Shown: positions 14,566-28,553, numbered from the stretch's first letter. The stretch: DNA of 64,000 nucleotides from Octopus sinensis (GCF_006345805.1 NC_043017.1:21762001-21826000), one strand, 5' to 3'. Translations and numbers: made by a program. The notes: generated by a model from the letters alone, not told the origin.

Positions 14566-15241
14566 AACTGGCAACAATGAGTTGTATCTGTATTTCAAAG
14601 GGACAACCTTATCATGTACTGTGTCATGCTGAATCTCTCTGAGAACTATGTTAAGGGTACATGTGTCTGCTCAGCTACATGCATGTTCATATCATCAGGA
14701 GGCTGTTCCATTGATCAGATCAACTGGAACCCTCGTCATCGTAATTGATGGAGTGCCAATGACAACAACACAAGATATATATATATATATATAAAATCAT
14801 TACAGATACAGGTTGAAATATAATTGATTTAATAAAATCAACAAATTTCACCTAGTAGCAGTTCGGTATGGAAAAGGACCATATTCGGTAAAAGTTTATA
14901 TAATTATAACAATAAGGGTCTTTGCAACAAGTTGCTTGACCACATACCGGAAATTTTAGAAATAGCAGCCAGAGGACTGCTATTTCCTTTTACTACTTAT
15001 TGTTTTAATATATATATATATATATATATAATATATATATATATATATGTCTATGCATATGTGCATGCCTGTTTATGTGTGTCTAGCTGTGTGTGTGTGT
15101 GTGTGTGCATGTGTGTGTGTGCATGTGTGTGTGTGTGTGTGTGTGAGAGTGTGTAAGGAGGTGTTAGAGAAGTTCTTAACAAATCATATGTGACATTCTT
15201 CTTTGCTAAAAGTATTTGCTAAAATGGAAAGAAATTCTTAC

Positions 15242-15385
15242 CTGATCACGTCGGATGCTCACTTTATGCTTTAGCGAAATTGTATTTTCCATCCAAGAAT
15301 CTCTTTTAAGTTTTAATTCCACTTTAAGAGTTTGATGTGAGTTCACGTCAGTCAGAGAAACTGACCTCGGTCTATATTTAGACAT
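15242..15385 (-). CDS. Candidate first coding exon MSKYRPRSVSLTDVNSHQTLKVELKLKRDSWMENTISLKHKVSIRRDQ (phase 0)
   Basis: acaATG start with an in-frame upstream stop, 48 stop-free codons in AT-rich DNA, donor CAG|gtaaga, within a ~1 kb repeat-poor segment. No recognisable domain. Confidence 0.6.
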
Positions 15386-16268
15386 TGTTGTTTTTTTTGG
15401 GTTTTTTTATATGAATGAAACTAAATGGAATGACCACTAAAAAAGAAATCAGCAACAAGTACAACAAAAATATTATCAGATTTTGTAAATAATGTAAAGA
15501 TTAGGGATTTCAAATTTAAAAGTTATCGAAACTAAAACTTAAGAATTGATTCAGTTGTGTTGCTTTGTGAAGAAGATGGGTGAATGAGAGAGATGGGAGG
15601 GTTAGGGAAGAGGAATGAAATGAGATGAGAAGAAGAAGGAGGAGGAGGACAGTGAAAGGTAGAAAGATGGTTCTTGGCTATTTATAACGAATTGGTTGTT
15701 ACTTATAACAAACTGGTAATTACTTATAATGAACAGTTATTTGTAAATGGTTACTGATATGGTATTCTGTTTGAAGTATGTCTCAAGTTAGCGAAAGTTT
15801 GGTCTTCTCTTTCAACAGGCAGCACTACAAATTAATTTGGTCATTTTGGAATACAGACATTTGGGTAGAACGGTTCCTCCCCTTGTGGTGCAAGTTTAAT
15901 AAGAATGTCACACTCACACAGACACACACACATACAAAAAAAAGGTGAATAAAAAATCAAATAAAAATCAAATAAACCAATAAAAAATTAAGAGATAAAG
16001 CATCACAGCATCACAAGACTAACTAATATGAAATGACATTAATTACAGCCTCTGATTCAATTATATAATAGAAGGAATTTGGTATTGTTCCTTGTTATTG
16101 AAATAGTTGAGCAAATGGTGCGTTGTCAAAAGAGTTCAAAAGATTTTCTTTCTGGCCAATGAGCTTATTATATATACTGTAAACAAAATCATAAAAAGAC
16201 CTTGTTTTTCTAAATGAATAATTTCATTGTATTCTTTCTCAAAAACACAAACACACACACACACACAT

Positions 16269-16300
<32 letters not shown>

Positions 16301-17042
16301 TGTATACCTGTATGCATCTATCTATATATATCTATCTATTTAATCTATCTGTATGTATGTGTGCGTATGTATATATATATATATATAGATAGATAGATAA
16401 ATATATACATATATATACATATACATACATACATACATACATACATACAAATATATATATATATATATATAATATATATATATATATATGTATGTAGACA
16501 CACATACAACACATATACACGTGTATCTTGTCCTCACATGCACGCACACAGACATGCATACATACATCCGGCTCTCTCCTCAGTGGAAGATTTATAATAA
16601 TAAAAAATTAGAAGAGACACACATGCATATGTACATATGTATGTATGTGTTTATATATATATATATATATAGAATTTTTAAAGAATATTATAGACAGTTG
16701 TAACTGAATATAAACACATACACACACAAATATATATATATACATATATATTGATACACATATATACATGTATCTTGTCCTCACATAAACACACACACAT
16801 TTATATAGACATACATACATATATATATATATGTGTGTGTGTGTACAGAAATTTAATTAGTGGTGTAATAAATTGGATTAATTTTCCAAATAACCAAAAT
16901 TTGTTACTTGTGACAAAGGAATCCCTTCAAATTCTCCCTTTTGAATTAGATTATTTTTAAAAACTAATATTCTTAAATATCAATACAAATGTGTCTGTCT
17001 ATGGATATTTTTATCTATGTATATACATATCCATATATATAT

Positions 17043-17073
<31 letters not shown>

Positions 17074-17208
17074 AATGTATATATATAAATGTATATATAT
17101 ATATATTATATATATATATTATATATAGATACTTTGATACTTTGATAGTTTCGGCCATTATTGGCCCAGGCCATGTCTAACTTAATAGCACCACCTGGCT
17201 ATATATAT

Positions 17209-17247
<39 letters not shown>

Positions 17248-18457
17248 CATACATACATACATATAGATAGATAGCCATACATATATGTACACACATATAT
17301 GCATATAAATGCATATGTATGCACATATATATGCATATATATATTATTTTTTTATTTCTTTCAGTCATTTGACTGGCCATGCTGGAGCACAGCCTTGAAG
17401 ATTTTTTTCGTAAAAAAGAAAAATCAACACCTGGACATTTTTTAAAGCCTAGTACTTATTCCATTAGCCTGTTTTTCTGAAGAGCTAAATCATGGGGACA
17501 TAAACACACAAACACCAGTTGTCAAGAAATGAGGTTCGGACAAACACAGATGCATAGAAATGCACAGACACACACACACAGACACACACATATATATTAA
17601 ACAGGCTTCTTTCAGTTTCCATCTACCAGAACCACTCACTAGGCTTTGGTTGGCCCAAGATTATAGTAAAAGACACTTGCCCAAGGTGCCACACAGTGAG
17701 ACTGAACTATGTGGAGGCAAGCTTCTTACCACATAGCTATACATGCATCAAAAAGGACCACCAAAGGTCCTTCCTGTGCTATAAGCTCATATGGTCAGTT
17801 TCCTGGATTTTGTGATGTGTCTATTCCTTCCCACTCAGGACAGGGGGCCAGTCCATTTTGGGAATACTCATTTTTACCATCAAAGTGGACTGGAACTATG
17901 TAAAAATGCAGCGTTTTGCTCAAGAACACAACACATCACTCCCTCCAGGAATTGAAACCACAATCTTACAATCATGAGTACAACACCCTAACCACTAAGC
18001 AACTTACCCCTCCTATATATATATATATATATATATATATACTCTTTTACTCTTTACTCTTTTACTTGTTTCAGTCATTTGACTGCGGCCATGCTGGATC
18101 ACCTCCTTTAATCGAGCAACTCGACCCCGGGACTTATTCTTTTGTAAGCCCAGTACTTATTCTATCGGTCTCTTTTGCCGAACTGCTAAGTGACGGGGAC
18201 ATAAACACACCAGCATCGGTTGTCAAGCAATGCTAGGGGGACAAACACAGACACACAAACACACACATGCATATATATATATATACATATATACGACGGG
18301 CTTCTTTCAGTTTCTGTCTACCAAATCCACTCACAAGGCTTTGGTCGGCCCGAGGCTATAGTAGAAGACACTTACCCAAGGTGCGACGCAGTGGGACTGA
18401 ACCCGGAACCATGCGGTTGGTAGACAAGCTACTTACCACACAGCCACTCCTGCGCCT

Positions 18458-18490
<33 letters not shown>

Positions 18491-19685
18491 TGTGTGTGTG
18501 TGTGTGTGAGTGTATTTCATCATCATGTAATGTTTGCGCTCCATTCTAGCATGGGTGAGGCATATATATCCATATATGTATATATATATGTATACACACA
18601 CACACTAGAAACAGATAGGAAGCAGAAGTATGGGTATTATTGTATAAACAACCCCATTGTACTCTTGTCATCAGGAATTCATCGAAAAATTTATCAAACT
18701 CCCTCAATAAGCCAATACCTATGATGTCAATTATGATCAGTGGAAATATCTGGAAAGGCTGTCAGAGCAATGACAAAACTAATTAATCTATCTTTCATAT
18801 TTACGGTCTACTTTCACTTTCAACACCATCTACTTCAACCCACTAAAATATTTCTCAATACATCTTCTGGGTTTTCGTTTTACAATAGTTTGAAATCAAA
18901 TTTGGCAGAAGATGTTTGGGAAAAACTTAATGTGTCTTTCATTTGGTGCTTTAATTAAATTATTGTAAATTATAGTGAATGTTTTGCTGTGAGTCTTACA
19001 TTTAGTTTTGTTTGGTTTTGATTTTGTTTTTTTCCTGCTCTACTCTATTAATATTTTGTCAAAATGGATTGAGTAAAATAAAGACTTTTAAATATTACAT
19101 TTGCCATTGTTTTACTCTCTCTTTTTTTAACTTTCTTTTTTGGTGAGCGTAGGTCTGTGATACATCCATTATTTTTTCATATACATATGCATAGGAGTGA
19201 CTGTGTGGTAAGTAGCTTGTTTACGAACCACATGGTTCCGGGTTCAGTCCCACTGTGTGGCACCTTGGGCAAGCGTCTTCTACTATAGCCTCGGGCTGAC
19301 CAAATCCTTGTGAGTGGATTTGGTAGACGGAAACTGAAAGAAGCCCGTCGTATATATGTATGTATGTATGTATGGGTGTGTATATGTTTGTGTGTCTGTG
19401 TGTGCTCCCCAACATCGCTTGACAACCGATGGTGGTGTGTTTATGTCCCCATAACTTAGCGGCTCGGCAAAAGAGGCCGATAGAATAAGTACTAGGCTTA
19501 CAAAGAATAAGTCCTGGGGTTGCTTTCCTCGACTAAAGGCGGTGCTCCAGCATGGCCACATTCAAAGGACTGAAACAAGTAAAAGAGTAAAAGAGTATAT
19601 ACATATATATAGGCATGGCTGTGTGGTGAGAAGCTTGCTTTCCAGCCACATGGTTTTGAGTTCATTCCCACTGTGTAGCACCATG

Positions 19686-19983
19686 TTTGTTTGTTCCTTC
19701 TCGAGCCATGCCTGGCTCATAAGGGCCGGTTTCCCGGTTTCCTTGGCGTATAGGGTCCCCACCTGGACGGGACGCCAGTCCGTCGCAGGTGAGCTGCAAG
19801 AGGAAAGAGCGAGAGAAAGTTGTGGTGAAAGAGTCAGCAGAAGTTTGCCATTACCTTCTGCTGGAGCCGCGTGGAGCTTAGGCGTTTTGCTCATAAACAC
19901 ACACATCGCCCGGTCTGAGATTCGAACCCACAATCCCTCGACCACGAGTCCGCTGCTCTAACCACTAGGCCAAGTGCCTCCAC
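19686..19983 (-). mobile_element. tRNA-derived SINE, family E, nested in a family A SINE
   Basis: Minus-strand head GTGGAGGCACTTGGCCTAGTGGTTAGAGC...GGTTCGAATC; the host SINE is split at caccatg, which is repeated on both sides. Confidence 0.85.
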
Positions 19984-20219
19984 CATGGGCAAGTGTCTTC
20001 TACTATAGCTTCAGGCCGACCAAATCCATATGAGTGGATTTGGTAGATGGAATATGATAGAAGCCCATCGTATATATATATATATGTATATAAATATGTA
20101 TATGTTTGTTTGTCTGTGTTTATCTCCTCACAGATGGTAGTATGTTTACGTCCCCATAACTTAGCAGTTCAGCAAAAGAATCCAATAGAATAAGTACTTG
20201 TCTTACAAGGAAATAGTCC

Positions 20220-21270
20220 TGTTTTTGTCCTGAAATTTGTGAAAATTTGCTGTTTTGGTCGTCGAGACCACTTCTTTTCTGCTGTTGCAGCAGAGTTTTG
20301 CGGCAAAAAACATGAATGTGCCACCAATTTCTTCCGAGTCGGAGGAAAACTTTGAAAATTTGTTTCAAGGCATGAAGGCGAATATGTGGGAGGAGGGAGG
20401 TAAAAGTATAGAAGCGTCTCACGCGCGCCTTACAAAAGCAGACGACAAGATGTCTAGCGAGGCTTATTACACAACAGGAAAAGTCAAAAATAAATTTTGT
20501 GAGTGCAGCAACTCGCCCCTGTGAAAATATAGTTATTAACAAAGAAGAATTAAAGAAATACCGAGGTTTACTGAAAAAAGAAGGTGATAATGTGAAGTTG
20601 CTCCCTCCCAGTGAATTAATTTACGCGACGGAGAGAAAGACTTTAATATACAAAACATATAATGTAAAAAATGAAAAAAATCGACTTTGTACCGAGGGAA
20701 GCAATAGAAAAATGCTTGAGGCCGATATGGCAACAAACAAGCTACATAACGAGGGGTAGTCGCTTCGGCACTGTAGAAGTGCGTTTCCCTAGTGAAGAAA
20801 AAGCTAGGGAACATTCAACAAGGACATTGAAGTCGGAAGAAGTTGCTCTCCTGCCGACAGTGGCCCGGGAACAAAATTTTCTTAGTGGGTGCAAACTCAG
20901 TTCCAAAATTTGTCACTACCGTAGAAGTGTGGATCCGAGTTCTGGGAGTGTGCATCGATTTTAGCACACAGGTAAACAAAGAGACGTGCGCTACTTGCTG
21001 TAAATGGAGGGTGGGTTATCCATCTAATACAAGAAGAAAATTGCAGATAAATTGAATAAAAACGTGAAAGATAACAAAGAGTGAGATAGAGAAAGATTTT
21101 GAATTTCTGTGGATTACAACATGGCAGATGATTGAAAAGGACAGACATAAAAAAAGGAAAAGGAAGAAAGTAAAGGACCACGTTTATGGCCACTGAGTTG
21201 TAACGAAAGAACTCTGGTCGAATGAAAACCTGAAAAACAAATTGTGAAAATCAAATAAATAGTGCTTGTG
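20220..21270 (+). mobile_element. Frameshifted LINE ORF1-like fragment (Tx1/L1-like), copy 1
   Basis: Frameshifted reading frames MNVPPISSESEENF...FGTVEVRFPSEEKARE; nearly identical to 22116-22675; inserted into a family A SINE. Clade assignment is inference. Confidence 0.5.
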
Positions 21271-21561
21271 TTTTTTTTTTTGTTGGCAAAACCAGCAACA
21301 TGAGCTCCCATCCAATATGTATTTCTTTACTACCCACAAGGGGCTAAACACAGAGGGGACAAACAAAGACAGACAAACGGATTAAGTCTATTATATCGAC
21401 CCCAATGCGTAACTGGTACTTAATTTATCGACCCCGAAAGGATGAAAGGTAAAGTCGACCTTGGCGGAATTTGAACTCAGAACGTAGCAATACGTTTCAA
21501 AAGACGATAGGCCATACTAGAGCACCGTCTTTTATTTGAACAAATCAACGCCAGGAATTAT

Positions 21562-21978
21562 TAACTTGGCGGTTCGTAAGAAGAGGCGATAGAATAAATA
21601 CAAAGCTTCCTAAGAATATATTTCTTTACTACCCACAAGGGGCTTATCACAGAGGGGACAAACAAGGACAGACAAACGGATAAAGTCGATTATATCGACC
21701 CCAATACGTAGCTGGTACTTAATGTATCGATCCCGAAAGGATGAAAGGCAAAGTCGACCTCTGAGTTCAAATTCCGCCGAGGTCGACTTTCCCTTTCATC
21801 TTCTTGGGGTTGATAAATTAAGGACCAGTCACGCACTGGGGTCGATATAATCGACTTAATCCGTTTGTCTGTCTTTGTTTGTCCCCTCTGTGTTTAGCTC
21901 CTTGTGGGTAGTAAAGAAATATATTCTTAGGAAGCTTTGTATTTATTCTATCGCTTCTTCTTCCGAACCGCCAAGTTA
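21562..21978. repeat. Inverted duplication of a composite SINE unit (200 bp arms, 17 nt loop)
   Basis: 21562-21761 is the reverse complement of 21779-21978, about 90% identical by manual alignment. Confidence 0.9.
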
Positions 21979-22115
21979 CAGGGGCACAATAGCATCAACA
22001 TTAGTTATCAAGCGATGGTCGGGTGACATACAGACACACAAATACATACATTCGTATGTATATGCGTGTATGTATGTGTGCTTGCATATGTACCTACCTG
22101 TCTCTCTCTCTCTCT

Positions 22116-22675
22116 GATCGGTCGTGTTATTCTTTGCTCCGCTGTGAAAGATTGTTTTTGTGCTGAAAATTGTGAAAATTTGCTGTTTTGGTCGTCGAGA
22201 CCACTTCTTTTCTGCTGTTGCAGCAGAGTTTTGCGGCAAAAAACATGAATTTGCCACCAATTTCTTCCGAGTCCGAGGAAGACTTTGAAAATTTGTTTGA
22301 AGGCATGAAGGCGAATATGTGGGAGGAGGAAGGTAAAAGTATAGAGGCGTCTCACGCGCGCCTTACAAAAGCAGACGACAAGATGTCTAGCGAGGCTACT
22401 AAACAAGAGGAAAAGTCAAAAATAAATTTTTCGAGTGCAGCAACTCGCCCCTGTGAAAATATAGTTATTAACAAAGAAGAATTAAAGAAATACCAAGGTT
22501 TACTAAGAAAAGAAGGTGATAATGTGAAGTTGCTCCCTCCCAGTGAATTAATTTACGCGACGGAGAGAAAGACTTTAATATACAAAACATATAATGTAAA
22601 AAATAAAAAAATCGACTTTGTACCGAGGGAAGCAATAGAAAAATGCTTGAGGCCGATATGGCAACAAACAAGCTA
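22116..22675 (+). mobile_element. LINE ORF1-like fragment, copy 2, interrupted by mariner
   Basis: Uninterrupted frame MNLPPISSESEEDF...RPIWQQTSY; 5' end abuts a (TC)n tract. Confidence 0.5.
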
Positions 22676-23395
22676 CGAGGGGCGTGCAATAAGTAATGCC
22701 CCTGACCCACTTCCCATAGCAGTAGAGCAACGAAACTTGGCACAGTTATTAGTCTTTTTCTACATAGGAACCACCCAGAGTTACGCATTTCTCCCATCCT
22801 TTGATGCAACTCTGGAGACCGTTTTTGTAGAAGACCCCAGCTTGGTCCTCCAGCCACGATGTGACTTCAGAAATCAAGGCTGCATCATCTGGGAAACGCT
22901 TTCCTTTCAAAAACAACTTCATGGCTGGGAAGAGGTGAAAATCAGAGGGTGCAAGGTCAGGAGAGTAGGGGAGATGGGGGCGGAGTTCATAGCCGCACGC
23001 ATCTGCTTCTGATCTGGCGACAAGCGAGTTGTGGACCGGAGCATTGTCCTGCAGGAGAAGGATGCCTTTGCTGATCTTGCCCCGCCTCTTGATTTTGATA
23101 GCTTCTCTTAATTTCCTCAAAAGTGAAGCATAATAGGCTCCTGTAATTGTGGTACCCTTTGCCAGGAAATCTGTCATCACTACTCCGTCCTGGTCCCAGA
23201 AGACTGTGAGCATGACCTTGCCAACGGAGAGCTGCACCCTTGCTTTCTTTGGAGGAGGTGAGTCACGGTGCTTCCACTGCATTGACTGGGCTTTGGTCTC
23301 TGGATCATAGTGATGGACCCAGGTTTTATCCTGTGTAATCAGTCTTTTGAAAAATTTTGACTCATCTTCTTGGCACATCTCCAATGGTTGTTGGT
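22676..23395 (-). mobile_element. Mariner (D,D34D) transposon, 3' half
   Basis: ORF 22749-23384 with TQD, QDNAPVH and YSPDLAPSDF catalytic motifs; terminal repeat TA|CGAGGGGCGTGCAATAAG at 22676; N-terminal HTH and second TIR missing. Confidence 0.92.
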
Positions 23396-24479
23396 GTCTT
23401 TGTGTCCCAGTAACTTAGCAGTCTGGCAAAAGTGACAGATGGAATATGTCTTAAGCTTTTAAAAAAAAACTCCTGGGATTGATTTGTTCAATTAAAGCCC
23501 TTCAAAGCAGTGCTCCAGCATGGCTGCAGTCAAATGACTGAAACAAGCAAGACAAGTAGGAGTGGCTGTGTGGTAAGTAGCTTGTTTACCAACCACATGG
23601 TTCCGGGTTCAGTCCCACTGCGTGGCATCTTGGGCAAGTGTCTTCTACTATAGCCTTGGGCCAACCAAAGCCTTGTGAGTGGATTTGGTAGACGGAAACT
23701 GAAAGAAGCCTGTCGTATATATGTATGTGTTTGTCCCCCTAGCATTGCTTGACAACCAATGCTGGTGTGTTTATGTCCCCGTTACTTAGCAGTTCAGCAA
23801 AAGAGACCGATAGAATAAGTACTGGGCTTACAAAAGAATAAGTCCCGGGGTCGAGTTGCTCGATTAAAGGCGGTGCTCCAGCATGGCCGCAGTCAAATTA
23901 CTGAAACAAGTAAAAGAGAGTAAGTAAAAGAATATATCATCATCGTATTCTTCATCATCATCATCATCCCCTTTTCCATGCTGGCATGGGTTGGACAATT
24001 TGTAGAGGCAGATTTTTCAACCTCAACAAATTCAGATGCCCTTCCTGTTGCCAACCCTCACCTTTCTCCAGGCAAGGTAATACTTCTCCAAACCTAGACA
24101 AGTTTTTCATGCAAAACTGGAAATAGATAACCTCAGCTGTATGATGATGAAGCTCATCAAGAACCATTGTGTGGTATCTAGACAAGGGTACACTAGCTAA
24201 ATCCTGTCAAACCATCCAACCATTGCTAGAATGGAGAACAGGCATTAAAAGATGATGATGATGATGATGATGATATGTATACACACACACAACAGTCTTA
24301 TTTTCAGTTTCTGTCCATCGAATCCACTTACACAGCTTTGGTGGACCCAGGGCTATGGTAGAAGACACTTGCCCAGAATACCATGGGACTGAACACACGA
24401 CAACAGGGTTTGGAAAGCAAGCTTCTCAACCACTGAGCAACAGTTGCACATCTATCTATCTATCTATCTATCATCCATC

Positions 24480-24519
24480 TACCTATCTATCTATCAATAT
24501 ATATATATATAATATATAC

Positions 24520-24555
<36 letters not shown>

Positions 24556-24610
24556 TACATATATATATATATACATCCATATATATATATACATACATAT
24601 ATATATATAT

Positions 24611-24641
<31 letters not shown>

Positions 24642-24646
24642 CATAC

Positions 24647-24686
<40 letters not shown>

Positions 24687-24687
24687 C

Positions 24688-24734
<47 letters not shown>

Positions 24735-24782
24735 TATATATATATACATACATATATTATATATACATACATATATATATAT

Positions 24783-24840
<58 letters not shown>

Positions 24841-24945
24841 ATACATATAGATATATAATATATACATATATATATACCCATATATATATATATAAATATA
24901 CTATATACATATATATATATATAGACTATTATATATATATATATA
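24480..24945. repeat. Large (TA)n/(TACA)n microsatellite
   Basis: Directly visible; similar blocks at 7030-7370, 16270-16500, 36910-37470, 51220-51890 and 63050-63570. Confidence 0.95.
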
Positions 24946-25430
24946 GTACAAAGTAAGGTAGGGGTTATGAGGGTAACCCACTATGGGATATCAGTTATCC
25001 TACATATATATATATATATTCCTTCATTCATACTGAAGAGACCCAGTGACATTGAAATGGTCTGTCTACAAAACATTAGGGCAGTAAATATCATAAGCGG
25101 AATGTAATTAAATGAAATGAAATATTTTTAAAAGCATATGATATCATTTGTTTTATGGGAGAATAAAATTCTAACATGACATCTCTCTGTTGCAAAGACA
25201 ATGAGCAAACAACAGGAAACAAGCATGCATATACAAACATATACACATACAAATAGGTATACACACACACACACACATATATACACACACAAACAGAGAC
25301 AGACACATGCTTGTGTGTGTGAAATAAGGAACAAATGTTAAACTCATTAAGCGGAATAAATGCAATCAAGATTTGAATTAATGACCATTTATTTAAATTC
25401 TCACACAAAGAATTCTTGTAACACACTTAC

Positions 25431-25459
25431 AATTTCCATCACAGTTTCTTGAGAATAAT
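25431..25459 (-). CDS. Candidate micro-exon (D)YSQETVMEI, or first exon MEI (phase 0)
   Basis: Donor ATT|gtaagt; either gtgATGG start at 25439 or acceptor (T)n gtgaaag| at 25459. Confidence 0.25.
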
Positions 25460-25939
25460 CTTTCACAAAAAAAAAACCCAAAAATATCTTACAAAAAAAC
25501 CCCCCAAAAATATCTTACAAAAAAAAAAAGAAACAAATTTAAAAATTCAAATAAATAAAAAAAAGGACAAAATTAGGCTTTAAATTACTGTTCTTAGTAA
25601 TCTGAGTTCGACCCTTAACCAATGCCATCGAATTTTTTGCAATAAATAAAATAAAATAAAATGAAATAAAATGAAATAAAATGGAATAGAATGAAATAGA
25701 TGCCATATGCTGGAAAAGCCACATCTTTCAAGAAGTAACAGTCTGATCCGCATCTTAAACACGACGATTTAGCAAAGTGGAATTGAAAATGGATATTCAC
25801 AGTGGTAATGTTATGGCAACTTAACTGTTAATGTGCATCGAATTCAACATGCTACGATATTGATTTCACATTTAACGTGACTCTTCGACCAGTTGTTTAT
25901 TGTTTTCCAAATAAGTCTTGTGTGCACAAAATAATATAA

Positions 25940-25969
25940 TAATATAATAATAATAATAATAATGATAAC

Positions 25970-26006
<37 letters not shown>

Positions 26007-26053
26007 TAATAATAATGACGGTGGTGGTAGTAAAAATAATAGTAATATTGATG

Positions 26054-26096
<43 letters not shown>

Positions 26097-26140
26097 TAAT
26101 AATAATGATGGTGGTAGTAAAAATAATAGTAATATTGATG

Positions 26141-26186
<46 letters not shown>

Positions 26187-26507
26187 TGATGATGATGGTG
26201 GTAGTAAAAATAATAGTAATAATAATAATAATAATAAAAGGAAGAGAAGGGAAAAGAGGAGCAGTGCTGCTGTTCTGTTTCAATAAATAAATCATACTCC
26301 ATTGGTATTAGGGAACATCTGAGAATGAGAATAATGATAATAATAATAGTAATCATGATAACAATAACAATGATAGTAATAATAATAATATTAACAATAA
26401 TAATAATAATATTAGTAATAACAACACGGTGGAGGATGAGGAGTAGAAGAATGCTGATGATGATGGTGGTGGTAATAGTAGTAGTAGTAGTAGTAGTAAT
26501 AATAATA

Positions 26508-26546
<39 letters not shown>

Positions 26547-26550
26547 TAGT
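25940..26550. repeat. (AAT)n microsatellite containing a ~60 bp higher-order unit repeated three times
   Basis: GATGGTGGTAGTAAAAATAATAGTAAT recurs three times among AAT runs. Confidence 0.9.
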
Positions 26551-28553
26551 GAAAATAATAGTTGTTTTTCCTAAAGAGATTAGCTGAAGATATTCTCTCT
26601 TATTTCCATATTTCTTACATTTTTAATATTTTTCTGCCCTCTCTCTCTCTCACCGACCACCGCTTCCACCACTTCCACCACTACCGTCACCACTACCGTC
26701 ACCACCACCGGAACAAGTCAATGAATTCACTGCAAAATATGGTTTCTATTTATGGCAATTGCATGCTGTTTTAGGGATACTTTATCAAAACGGACTTCTG
26801 GGAATTTATCATGAAACTCCTTATATTTTGTTTTTATACATCTTTTTTTTTAACCAGTATATCCTTTATTCATATTCTTTATGTATTATTTCCCTTCTAA
26901 AATTCAACAGAGAAGATTGCTGCAAAATAACAATGCAAGCTGTTTTTTTCAAAAAAACAACACACAAAATACTAATTATTTATTAATAATAAGAATTTCC
27001 TCAGTTAATAGTTTAATAATTAGATAAAAGTTTTCCTAAGCAAGGGCATAAATTGTTAATTATGGTTAAGTTTCTAATAATTTCTATCCAAACATATTTA
27101 TTGTAAAAACCTATTGATTTTCTTTAAGTAAGACAGAAAGCTGGTTATTAAATCTGTGTAAAATAACGTAATATAATTAACTTTAACATATTTATGGTAC
27201 TATTAAGGCAGCGAGTTAGCAGAATCGTTACTGTGCCAGGCAGAATACTTAGCAGTATTTCGTCTGTCTTTGTCTTCTGAGTTCAAATTTTGCTGAGGTC
27301 GACTTTGACTTTCATTCTTTCAGGGTCGATAAAATAAGTACCAGTTACGTACTGGGTTTGATGTAATCAACTTACTCCTTCCCACAAAACTGATGGCCTT
27401 GTGCTCAAGTTTGAAACCAATATATTCTTTTCTACTCTAGGTACAAGGCCCAAAATTTTGGAGGAGGGGGCCAGTTGATTAGATTGACCCTAGTATGCAA
27501 CTGGTACTTAATTATTGACCTGGAAAGGATGAAAGGCAAAGTCAACTTCGGCAGAATTTGAACACAGAACATAAAGACAAGAAATACCTCTAAGCATTTT
27601 GCCCGCATGCTAACGTTTCTGCCAGCTTGTGCCTTATGGAAGCAATATATTAAAGGGACTCCGAAGTCAATTGATAAATTCCTTTCTATTATACGTGCAA
27701 CCCCAGGGCTTGACTGGTTCTTATTTTATCAATCCTTAAAGGATGAAAGACTGAGTCAACCATATCAGAATTTGAACACAGAGTGTAAAGCTAGAATAAT
27801 GCCGCTAAGCATTTTGTCCAGTATGCTAATAATTACTGGTATTCTTTATAGTGACTCTAGGTGAGCAAAGACAAACTCTCACTGCACCAAGAACGAGAGA
27901 GCTATGAGGGAGTTTGTGTCTACTCATGACAACAGAGAAACATACAATAATTCACAAATGCTTGGCACATGCTACCCAGTTTCACTCATTTGTGAGTGAT
28001 GGCTGTAAATTTTTTTCTTTTGTGTGTGTGTTTGCATTTATAAAAGATATAAGATAAATTGACAACAATGGCTGTACTGTTTGCAATGGATGTCAACAGG
28101 GCAAGATAGAAAATGGATCTATAGAATGGTCGTTGGGTAAAATTTGGGGAGTTTACATCTTTCAGGAAAAATTATGAGTTTGAGAAGTTAGTGAAATCAA
28201 GGTATCATGAAGAACCATTGTGGCTACATACAGCTGATTATAAGATAAAATGATGATATTACACACACACACACACAGACATATATAAACATATGTAGCT
28301 GATATATATATATGTGTGTGTGTGTGTGTATAATGGATAATAAAATGAATGGTTTACACCTGGAAGAATCGGTGTTAGATGTGTTGAAACAATTGTGATT
28401 AATAATAAATTCTCGTGTACATCTTTCATTTGCCAGAAGAAACACTGTTAGATCCGACTGGAGCCTGGTGCAGCCTCCTGGCTTTCCAGATCTCAGTCAA
28501 ACTGTCCAACTCATGCCAGTATGGAAAACGGACGTTAAAAGATATGATGTTGA

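Noticed and set aside
16150-16180. CCAAT plus TATA promoter
   Set aside because: Spacing is too short and TATATA is ubiquitous in this window.
19905-19983. tRNA gene
   Set aside because: It is the A/B-box head of a SINE with body and TSD; the same applies to other SINE heads.
22749-23384. Domesticated SETMAR-like gene or active transposase
   Set aside because: No SET domain, HTH, second TIR or splice context; it is a truncated transposon.
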